DNA of 57,080 nt, filler included, from Chlamydiales bacterium (GTDB taxonomy: Bacteria > Chlamydiota > Chlamydiia > Chlamydiales > JACRBE01), in the NCBI GenBank assembly GCA_016213235.1. It is 4 parts of 4 records of this genome, joined end to end, with 100 filler letters (N's around TTAATTAATTAA, not from the genome) between each part and the next. Parts side by side here need not be neighbours in the genome. Positions count along the whole stretch, not along the records: positions 48,936 to 57,080 come from JACRBE010000012.1; 3 more parts are not named here. One strand, 5' to 3'. Below, in pieces: positions 49,650 through 57,080 of the stretch. The translations under genes were made by a program, and so were the position numbers. Positions within the stretch are counted from its first letter, which is position 1, and each line of letters opens with the position of its first letter. Under the pieces are notes generated by a model. That model searched no databases. It was not told the DNA's origin and saw only the letters and a list, made by a program, of their open reading frames with translations.

Positions 49650-50107
49650 GTTTTTAATCCAAACATTGGTGGTTTTTCCTGTTTGAGTATTTCAAAAGCA
49701 CCTTCCGGTGCTACCTTTCCCTGATCTAGAGATGTATGCCAGTCGTGAGCTTTATGATAAAATAATAAAAAATGGTCGATAAATGTTTGTGTAGATGCAT
49801 TCCCTAAAGGCAACGCATGCCAAAGAGCTAGCTGATTTTTTTTCGTAACATAAGATAAGATACCGATTTGATATTGAAAAGAATAGTTCGCTTTTAATCC
49901 AGCTTTTAGTACTTCTTCTCGATATTTTCCGGGAGATAGTTCATATACAAATGCACCAAATACGATATGATTCTTTATAGAATCTAGCTCAATTTGAATA
50001 TCAAATTTATTTTCTATTTTTAGTCTGCAACCACCTTTTACATCAGGAGTAATGGGTACGTTCAGATAATCACTTAAATGCTCTAGAAGATCTTCAAAGG
50101 AAATCAT
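49646..50107 (-). CDS. CesT/SycE-family T3SS chaperone (Scc1-like)
   Basis: 153 aa, PGKYREEVLKAGLKAN; sits between copN and malQ as in chlamydiae. Confidence 0.85.
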   Translation of the reverse strand: MISFEDLLEHLSDYLNVPITPDVKGGCRLKIENKFDIQIELDSIKNHIVFGAFVYELSPGKYREEVLKAGLKANYSFQYQIGILSYVTKKNQLALWHALPLGNASTQTFIDHFLLFYHKAHDWHTSLDQGKVAPEGAFEILKQEKPPMFGLKT

Positions 50108-50124
50108 GTTTGAATTATCTCCTA

Positions 50125-51339
50125 TTATTCCATCGTATCTTGCGTTTTTCTTTTTTTAGGAGGACTATCTTCATCTTCTTCCTCTTCTTCTTCTAACAAA
50201 TCTTCCAATTCTGATAAAGCATCGAGCGTCGTTTTTAATAAATCTTGTCGATGGCGATCTGATTTGAACATTTTTGGAGATACATTGCGCAGAGCATCTC
50301 TATATTGAGTGAAAATAATGATTTGTGCTAGATATTCCTCTGAAATTCCAAGAGAAGATGCCAGTTTTAAAATCTTATCTGCGGAAGGGTAACGCTCCGC
50401 AATTAATTTCATGAATTGATCAGATAGTAACTGAAAGGTGAGCCTGGATGGTAACTCTAGATCGCTTCGCTGAAAAGCCCCACCAATTAAGTTCATACGA
50501 GACTGAAAGAAACGAAATACACCTAAAATAGCCTGCATGGTGCGAGCACTACCAAATAAGTTCTGTAATTCTCCAATAGAAATAGAAGGGCCTTTTGCTT
50601 TCATATCACTGCCAAGAGAGTGAAGAATAAAATCAATTACTTGCTTAAGCTTTTCAAAATCGAAGGTTTTTATTAATTCACCAAATAATACTACAGGCTC
50701 TCTTGGATTTCCTGTAATATCACGATATAAATCTCTTAATCCTGTTGGCGTGCCAAGCCCTATTTGAGAAAAATTTCTAGACTCTTGAGCAATATTGCGT
50801 CCGGCTTTGATTTCTCTTTCAAATAAAGTGTTAAATCTTTCTTTAGTTTTTTTTAATGTTTCATAATGCTCAGATCCGGGAATTGCTGTTTCAACAAGAA
50901 AATCAAGTGTATCATCTGTGAGATAATGATCAGCATAGGTGGATTGTATTTTTCTTAAGATATCTTCTGAGGAGTCTCCCTCTTTTATTAACGATCGGAT
51001 AATAACAAGAGCCTTAGCATTTAACTCAGGGTTGTTTTTGTTAAATTTTTTAGCAGCATCTTCAACGTTTTGAATTGTCTTAGTAACTTGGGTGATTTTT
51101 TCGTCTTGCTCTGCCTCTTCAGGATTATAAAAGCTCTCTTCAAATCGCTCCGTCAATGTTTGAAAATTTTTAGTTCGTTGAAAGTAACCAAAAATAGCAT
51201 CATCACCGTTTTCTTCTAATGTTGATTCAATCGCGTCTTGTGATGCATCAATACTTTCTGTTTGTTTTATAGCCGCTAACTGCTGAGCTTTCAGTTTGTC
51301 TGCATTAATGTTCTCAATTCTAGAAATATGATCACTCAT
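50125..51339 (-). CDS. copN: T3SS gatekeeper CopN (SctW/LcrE)
   Basis: AGRNI, LRDLYRDITGNPRE, LGSDMKAKGPSI; directly downstream of cdsV. Confidence 0.9.
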   Translation of the reverse strand: MSDHISRIENINADKLKAQQLAAIKQTESIDASQDAIESTLEENGDDAIFGYFQRTKNFQTLTERFEESFYNPEEAEQDEKITQVTKTIQNVEDAAKKFNKNNPELNAKALVIIRSLIKEGDSSEDILRKIQSTYADHYLTDDTLDFLVETAIPGSEHYETLKKTKERFNTLFEREIKAGRNIAQESRNFSQIGLGTPTGLRDLYRDITGNPREPVVLFGELIKTFDFEKLKQVIDFILHSLGSDMKAKGPSISIGELQNLFGSARTMQAILGVFRFFQSRMNLIGGAFQRSDLELPSRLTFQLLSDQFMKLIAERYPSADKILKLASSLGISEEYLAQIIIFTQYRDALRNVSPKMFKSDRHRQDLLKTTLDALSELEDLLEEEEEEDEDSPPKKRKTQDTME

Positions 51340-51350
51340 ACTAGCATCCC

Positions 51351-53474
51351 TTAGCTAAACTGAATTCTACCAAGTGGTTGTATACGAATTTCTGGTACAA
51401 CTTCTTGGTGTGAAATAACAGGTAGATCCGGGAACTCTCCTTCGATTAATTTACGAACAAAACGCCTTACATCGATTGCTGTAAGTAATACCGGTGGTTG
51501 CCCTCCCGGAGGAGTAGGAGAAATAACAGATCTCATAGCATGTAATATCATTTGTACAGAATCTGGATCTAGAGCTAAATAAGATCCTGCAGATGTTTGC
51601 TTAATTGCGCCTCGAACCATGTCTTCGATTTCAGAATCAAGCACATAGACAGATAAAATGGTTTGCCCAAGCGAATACTTATAGCTGATATAACGTTTTA
51701 ATGAAGATCTCACATATTCTGTCAATAATACCGTATCTTTTTCTGTTTGAGCCCATTCACTTAACGCTTCTAAAATCGTTCTTAAGTCTTTAATGGATAT
51801 TTGTTCTTGTACAAGGCGTTTGAAAATCTCTGTTAATTTTTGCAGTGGTACTAAACGTGTTACCTCTTTTACAAGATCGGGAAATGATTTTTCTACAAAC
51901 TCTAAAATCGCTCTAATTTCTTGAATACCAATAAATTCAGATGCATATTGACGATAGAAATAAGAAAGATGTAACATCACCACATCCAGTGGTTCCCAAT
52001 ATTTGATGCTCGATTTCTCTAATACTTCCTTATATTTTTTATCTACCCATAAAGAGGCCTGATTAATACTGTTTTTCGATGCTATATAAGGTAAATTGTA
52101 CCGTTTTAGATTTTCTTCGGATTCATTTGTTAATAAAAAACCTTCGAGCACTTTTCCTTTTACAAGAGGCACTTCATTTAAGTAGACCGTATAGTCATTA
52201 GGCTCTAGTATCTTGGAATCTGTTCGTACATGCACTCCGGGAAATTTAACTCCTAAATCTTGATAGAGAGCATATCTTGTTTTAGGTATCATATCTTCTA
52301 TAAATTTTGTACTAGATCTGTCTTTTTTTACCAGATCAGATAAATTTTTCCCCATCTCCAAAATTACAGGAAGAGTTAGTGCATAACTATCCGATCCACC
52401 TCTTACTACCGTATGACCTTCAATATCGGTTTCGATCATGGCTGCGCCTTCCGCACCCTCCAATAGAGTCGCCTTTTTCGCTTTTTTCAAGCCAACAATG
52501 CCGATGCTTAAAATACCTGCTCCCAGAAACAAAAACATGAGGAAGGGAAACCCGGGTACAATTCCCATTGCCAGCACGACAATACCGGCTAGCAGAATCC
52601 CTTTATGTTGGGAAAATATCTGTTGGGTAATATCTTTCCCTAAGTTTGCATCTTTCTTTTCACTCGATACACGAGTGGTCACGATACCTGCTGTTAAAGA
52701 AATTAAAAGAGAAGGGATTTGAGAAACAAGGCCTCCCCCGATAGACAATAAGGTATATATCTGCGCTGCTTTAAAAGCGCTCATATTGTGGAGCGTCATA
52801 CCAATAATTAATCCACCAATGATATTAATGATTGCAATGACGATACCTGCGATAACATCCCCTTTTACGAATTTCATCGCACCGTCCATCGCACCATATA
52901 ATTGGCTCTCTTTAGTAAGAGCTAAACGAAGGTCTCTTGCTTGGTTCGCATCAATGATACCGCTACGCATATCGGCATCAATACTCATTTGTTTACCAGG
53001 CATCGCATCAAGAGTAAATCTCGCTGCTACTTCTGCAACCCTCTCGGCACCTTTTGTTACAACGATGAATTGTACGATGGTAATAATCAAGAAGATAACA
53101 CCACCTACGATAAAACTGCCTCCAACAACGAAGTTACCGAAGGCAAAAATGATTTCCCCGGCATTTGCATTAAGAAGAATTTGTCTTGTAGCAGAAATTT
53201 CAATACCAAGACGAAAGAGTGTGGTAATAAGCAAAATAGACGGAAACGCGGACAAATGCACCGCTTTTTGAATATAGAGTGCCACCATGATAAGCGAAAT
53301 AGAGACTGTCAAGTTAACTGCAATTAAAGCATCAATCACGGGAGGAGGAACAGGTATGATGATCATCGAAATGATAGTGATGACGAAAAATGCTAAGACA
53401 ATATCGGAAGAGCGAGAGAGAAATCCTAAGACATTTGAATTTCCAAGCTTAGAAAGTAGTCCAGAGCTTTTCAT
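51351..53474 (-). CDS. sctV: T3SS export gate SctV (CdsV/LcrD)
   Basis: TKGAERVAEVAARFTLDAMPGKQMSIDAD, YGAMDGAMKFVKGD. Confidence 0.98.
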   Translation of the reverse strand: MKSSGLLSKLGNSNVLGFLSRSSDIVLAFFVITIISMIIIPVPPPVIDALIAVNLTVSISLIMVALYIQKAVHLSAFPSILLITTLFRLGIEISATRQILLNANAGEIIFAFGNFVVGGSFIVGGVIFLIITIVQFIVVTKGAERVAEVAARFTLDAMPGKQMSIDADMRSGIIDANQARDLRLALTKESQLYGAMDGAMKFVKGDVIAGIVIAIINIIGGLIIGMTLHNMSAFKAAQIYTLLSIGGGLVSQIPSLLISLTAGIVTTRVSSEKKDANLGKDITQQIFSQHKGILLAGIVVLAMGIVPGFPFLMFLFLGAGILSIGIVGLKKAKKATLLEGAEGAAMIETDIEGHTVVRGGSDSYALTLPVILEMGKNLSDLVKKDRSSTKFIEDMIPKTRYALYQDLGVKFPGVHVRTDSKILEPNDYTVYLNEVPLVKGKVLEGFLLTNESEENLKRYNLPYIASKNSINQASLWVDKKYKEVLEKSSIKYWEPLDVVMLHLSYFYRQYASEFIGIQEIRAILEFVEKSFPDLVKEVTRLVPLQKLTEIFKRLVQEQISIKDLRTILEALSEWAQTEKDTVLLTEYVRSSLKRYISYKYSLGQTILSVYVLDSEIEDMVRGAIKQTSAGSYLALDPDSVQMILHAMRSVISPTPPGGQPPVLLTAIDVRRFVRKLIEGEFPDLPVISHQEVVPEIRIQPLGRIQFS

Positions 53475-54541
53475 TTAAAGAGCTCCACGTTGTATTCTTT
53501 TTCTTCGAGTTTTTTTAACCATTTCAAAATTTCCGCAACAGCTTCATAAGTTTCTTCCGGAATAAAATTGCTAATACTACCTAGTTCATATAATTGGTGT
53601 GCTAATGGGATATTTCTCATAATTGGGATATTATTGTCTAAACCTATTTCAATAATTTTCTTTGCCATTTCCCCTTTTCCCATTGTAGCTATCTTGGGAG
53701 CCGGATCTTCTTCCGCATTATATTCAAGAGCAACTGCGATATGTTCTGGATTAGTAACGATAGCTTTTGCTCTTCTTGCAGCTCCTGCGCCTTCTTGATA
53801 TGCGATTTCTTGGGCCCTTTGTTTACGTTTGCTTTTAATATGAGGATCCCCTTCTGTATCTTTATATTCTTGTTTTACCTCAAATTTTTCCATCATCATT
53901 TCTTTGGCAAAGGTTCGCTTTTGGAAAGCTAAGTCAAAGACAGCAATCGCAATAAAGAAAATACCCACTCGGAGAATCACTTTCATTAAAAAAGAGCTAA
54001 ATACAAGCATGGCTCCAATAACTGGTAGATTAATCGTGCCAATGATTTCTCCAATACTGTCATAAACAACAGAGTAAATTAAGATTAAGGCTCCGGTAAT
54101 CTTGAAAATAGATTTTAACAGCTCAATAAATGTTTTTAATTTAAACATGTTTTTTATGTTGGTTACCGGATTTAATTTTTTGATATCCGGTTTCATCGCT
54201 TCCATGGAAAATATTGGTCCAATAATCAAAAAATTCACCAGCACTCCAACACCAGTAACGATAATCATAATCGGCAAGGAGAGAGTTAGTATTAATTCCA
54301 TGCATTGTGATAAATAAGCGCCCGGTTGACTGGCAATTTGATCGGTCTCTGGTATTTTTCTAAATAAAGAGACCATATAAGCAGTCAATGAACTATAGAT
54401 AGTTTTAGCAGAAATAAACGTGGCAGCTAAAGAAACAATAAAAGTAAAAGCTGCTGGAAAATCTTTAGATTTAGCAACTTGTCCTTTTTTTCTTGCATCA
54501 CGCAACTTCTTCGGGGTCGCTTTTTCGCTTTTTTCTGCCAT
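53471..54541 (-). CDS. sctU: T3SS switch protein SctU (CdsU/YscU)
   Basis: EKATPKKLRDARKKGQV, EYKDTEGDP, autocleavage loop NPEH. Confidence 0.97.
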   Translation of the reverse strand: MAEKSEKATPKKLRDARKKGQVAKSKDFPAAFTFIVSLAATFISAKTIYSSLTAYMVSLFRKIPETDQIASQPGAYLSQCMELILTLSLPIMIIVTGVGVLVNFLIIGPIFSMEAMKPDIKKLNPVTNIKNMFKLKTFIELLKSIFKITGALILIYSVVYDSIGEIIGTINLPVIGAMLVFSSFLMKVILRVGIFFIAIAVFDLAFQKRTFAKEMMMEKFEVKQEYKDTEGDPHIKSKRKQRAQEIAYQEGAGAARRAKAIVTNPEHIAVALEYNAEEDPAPKIATMGKGEMAKKIIEIGLDNNIPIMRNIPLAHQLYELGSISNFIPEETYEAVAEILKWLKKLEEKEYNVELFK

Positions 54542-54615
54542 AACAGGTGATTCTAGGATTTAAGAATAAAATCACAGAGTATCGTAGACAAATCTTCGAC
54601 GCAAGAAAATAGATG

Positions 54616-55713
54616 TTATTTATTATGGTAAAATAAAATTACATCTCCATCTTGTACAATATAATCTTTTCCTTCCGATCTTGCCTTACCAGCCTCTTTT
54701 GCAGCAGCTCTTGTTTTATATTTGGTATAATCTTCATAAGATATGACCTCGGCCCGGATGAACCCTTTTTGTATATCACTATGGATTTTACCTGCAGCTT
54801 CAGGAGCGGGGAGACCTTTATGGATGGTCCAGGCTCTTGTTTCGATCTCACCTGTTGTTAAAAAGGTAATGAGACCCAGCGTATAAAAAGAGGATCGTAT
54901 CAGCCTTGTAAGTCCCGGCTCTTGTAGTCCCACACTTTGCAAAAATTGAAGCCGCTCTTCATCAGATAATGCAGAGAGCTCTTCCTCAAATTTTGCACAA
55001 ATAGGAATGACTTGGGCTTTTTCCTTCTGCGCATGTTCTCGTACCCGTTTTACATACTCATTTTCCATAAGAGGAATGTCTTCTTCCGCAACATTTGTTA
55101 AGTAAATAACAGGTTTTTGCGTAATGAAATTATATGGTTTGATGTGCTCTTGTTCTTCTAGAGTTAAAGAAATAGATCGTACAGGCTGATTTTGATTCAA
55201 GTGATCAGAGACTTTTTTCATGGTGTCGAGTACCGGTTTAAACTCTTTACTTGATCTGGCCTGCTTTTCCAGTTTTGCCATTGAATTCTCAATCATCTGC
55301 AGGTCAGCAAGTATCAGCTCTAAATTGATCACTTCGATATCAGAGATGGGGTCTATTTTCCCTTCCACGTGGATGATATTATCATCGGCAAAGCAGCGAA
55401 CAACATGAACAATTAGATCGGTTTCTCTAATATTAGATAAAAACTTATTACCAAGCCCCTCTCCTTTAGAAGCCCCTTTGACAAGTCCTGCTATATCCAC
55501 AAATGTTACCGGAGCATAAACGATCTTGTGGCTACCGGATAATTTTGATAATTCCCTGAGTCTTGGATCATCCAACTCTACAATACCAACATTTGGATCT
55601 ATGGTACAAAAGGGGAAGTTGGAAGCGGGTATCTGATTTCTGGTTAATGCATTGAACAGAGTCGATTTGCCAACATTAGGAAGACCTACGATTCCACAAG
55701 AGAGTCCAGACAT
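54616..55713 (-). CDS. ychF: Redox-regulated ATPase YchF
   Basis: [45 protein letters not shown]. Confidence 0.98.
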   Translation of the reverse strand: MSGLSCGIVGLPNVGKSTLFNALTRNQIPASNFPFCTIDPNVGIVELDDPRLRELSKLSGSHKIVYAPVTFVDIAGLVKGASKGEGLGNKFLSNIRETDLIVHVVRCFADDNIIHVEGKIDPISDIEVINLELILADLQMIENSMAKLEKQARSSKEFKPVLDTMKKVSDHLNQNQPVRSISLTLEEQEHIKPYNFITQKPVIYLTNVAEEDIPLMENEYVKRVREHAQKEKAQVIPICAKFEEELSALSDEERLQFLQSVGLQEPGLTRLIRSSFYTLGLITFLTTGEIETRAWTIHKGLPAPEAAGKIHSDIQKGFIRAEVISYEDYTKYKTRAAAKEAGKARSEGKDYIVQDGDVILFYHNK

Positions 55714-55751
55714 AATAAAAATCCTTTATTTTTTGAATAATAATAACATGA

Positions 55752-56864
55752 TTAATTGTTTTTTTCCCTATGTGATTTTTTGATTTTCTTGCCTTTACTT
55801 AATTCTGCTTCTATTTCTTCAATGGTTGGTAGTTTTCCTTTAAGTTCTTTGGGTAGTTTTTCCATAAAATTCACTGTATAACTTGAAACTCCAATAGGAC
55901 TTTTGAGATTGCTAAGAGCATATTCAGCGGTGATTTTATTCTTATCCTTACATAAGATGATGCCAATGGTTGGATTATCTTCCGGTTGTTTGAGTAAGCG
56001 GTCCACAGCTGTCAGATAAAAACTGACCTGACCAACATCAGTTGCTTTGAATGGACCCGCTTTCAGTTCAATCACGATGAAGCATTTTAACTTGAAATGG
56101 TAAAATAAAAGATCTATATATGAATCTTCACCACCAACTTCAAGATGGTATTGTCTTGCAACAAAAGCAAAACCCTGTCCTAATTCCAATAGAAATTTTT
56201 GAAGATGATCGATTAATCCCTGTTCGATTTCTTGTTCATGAGCTTCGGTAGATAATGTAAGAAAATCCAAACAATAAGGATCTTTTAAGGATTCTACAGC
56301 CAGGTCAGAATGAGGTTCTGGTAATGTTAAAGCAAAGTTATTAACGGCCTTTCCTTTGCGCTTATGTAATGCAGATTCAATCCACATGACTAATGTATTT
56401 CTGGACCAGCCATTTTTGATTGCTTGTTCAGCATACCATAATCGTTGATCATTGTCCTTTAACTTTGTAATCAAAACAATATTATGTCCCCATGGAATAC
56501 GAAAAATAGGTAAAAAATTCAATTGTCCAACAGCTTGTTGGACAATTTCATAAGCTAGATAAAAAGATCTCATATAGAATATGTTCGATCTTGAGAATCC
56601 TGCTATCCCTGGGAAAGCTTTTTGTAGATCGATGCCGATGCTATCAACAGTCTTGGAACCCCATTTTTCTTTCCGATGTCGTTCAATAATAGTTTTGCCA
56701 ATATCCCAATATAACTTGATAAGCTCCTCATTTACGGTCAGGGTAGCTTTGAGCTGAGCATTCCTAATTTTTTCTTTCAGTTCACTCAAAAGTTCACTGT
56801 AGCCATCCAGTATTATGGGATTGACTTTAGCCTTGACTAAAGAAGTTTTCTGCTTTTTTGTCAT
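55752..56864 (-). CDS. YhcG/DUF1016 PD-(D/E)XK nuclease-family protein
   Basis: LYWDIG, GFS..N..YMR.FY, KDPY.LDFL, FLLELG.GFAFV.RQ, IDLLFYH, VIELK, NPTIGIILC. Confidence 0.95.
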   Translation of the reverse strand: MTKKQKTSLVKAKVNPIILDGYSELLSELKEKIRNAQLKATLTVNEELIKLYWDIGKTIIERHRKEKWGSKTVDSIGIDLQKAFPGIAGFSRSNIFYMRSFYLAYEIVQQAVGQLNFLPIFRIPWGHNIVLITKLKDNDQRLWYAEQAIKNGWSRNTLVMWIESALHKRKGKAVNNFALTLPEPHSDLAVESLKDPYCLDFLTLSTEAHEQEIEQGLIDHLQKFLLELGQGFAFVARQYHLEVGGEDSYIDLLFYHFKLKCFIVIELKAGPFKATDVGQVSFYLTAVDRLLKQPEDNPTIGIILCKDKNKITAEYALSNLKSPIGVSSYTVNFMEKLPKELKGKLPTIEEIEAELSKGKKIKKSHREKNN

Positions 56865-56867
56865 GAG

Positions 56868-57035
56868 CTATCCTAATCTTTGCATTGGACCATCTGGTTT
56901 TACAATATTGACGTTTAGATGAATAGTGTAAAAGGGGAAATTGGAAGCGGGTATCTGATTTCTGGTTAATGCATTGAACAGAGTCGATTTGCCAACATTA
57001 GGAAGACTTACAATCCCACAAGAGAGTCCAGACAT
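56868..57035 (-). pseudogene. ychF: Duplicated 5' fragment of ychF (55 codons)
   Basis: [55 protein letters not shown]; 56930-57056 is a near-identical direct repeat of 55608-55736. Confidence 0.92.
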
Positions 57036-57080
57036 AATAAATCCTTTATTTTTTGGATCATGATAGCAATTAAATGCTTA

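Noticed and set aside
49646..54541. T3SS gene cluster as a novel system
   Set aside because: Standard conserved chlamydial cdsU-cdsV-copN-scc1-malQ locus; NPEH instead of NPTH keeps the Asn-Pro cleavage site

Overview
AT-rich chromosomal DNA from a member of the Chlamydiota, most likely an environmental (non-Chlamydiaceae) lineage. The window is not contiguous: three 100-bp spacers (N44-TTAATTAATTAA-N44 at 5868-5967, 28653-28752, 48836-48935) join four contigs, and genes at those edges are truncated. The backbone follows known chlamydial gene order: ispA-glmU near tRNA-Pro, thrS-parA-pGP6-D, metal ABC permease-dxr-rseP, hrcA-grpE-dnaK with CIRCE, serS...VIT1-zntA, and ychF-cdsU-cdsV-copN-scc1-malQ (type III secretion locus). 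Small accessory inserts with no integrase sit in this backbone. (i) An excisionase-type HTH plus Schlafen/AlbA_2-HATPase-wHTH pair lies at the 3' end of tRNA-Pro(GGG) and ends in a palindromic tandem array. (ii) A Fic gene has a duplicated three-part operator-like motif and is flanked by a MITE-like element and a dead group IIC intron fragment. (iii) A YhcG/DUF1016 nuclease is bracketed by a duplicated ychF 5' end. Also present are a tandem-duplicated pair of Cys-rich, effector-like orphans (one with a PPPY motif), MOMP-like porin paralogs, a repeat-rich autotransporter, and a candidate oriC beside glmU. All family assignments come from motif recognition, not database searches.
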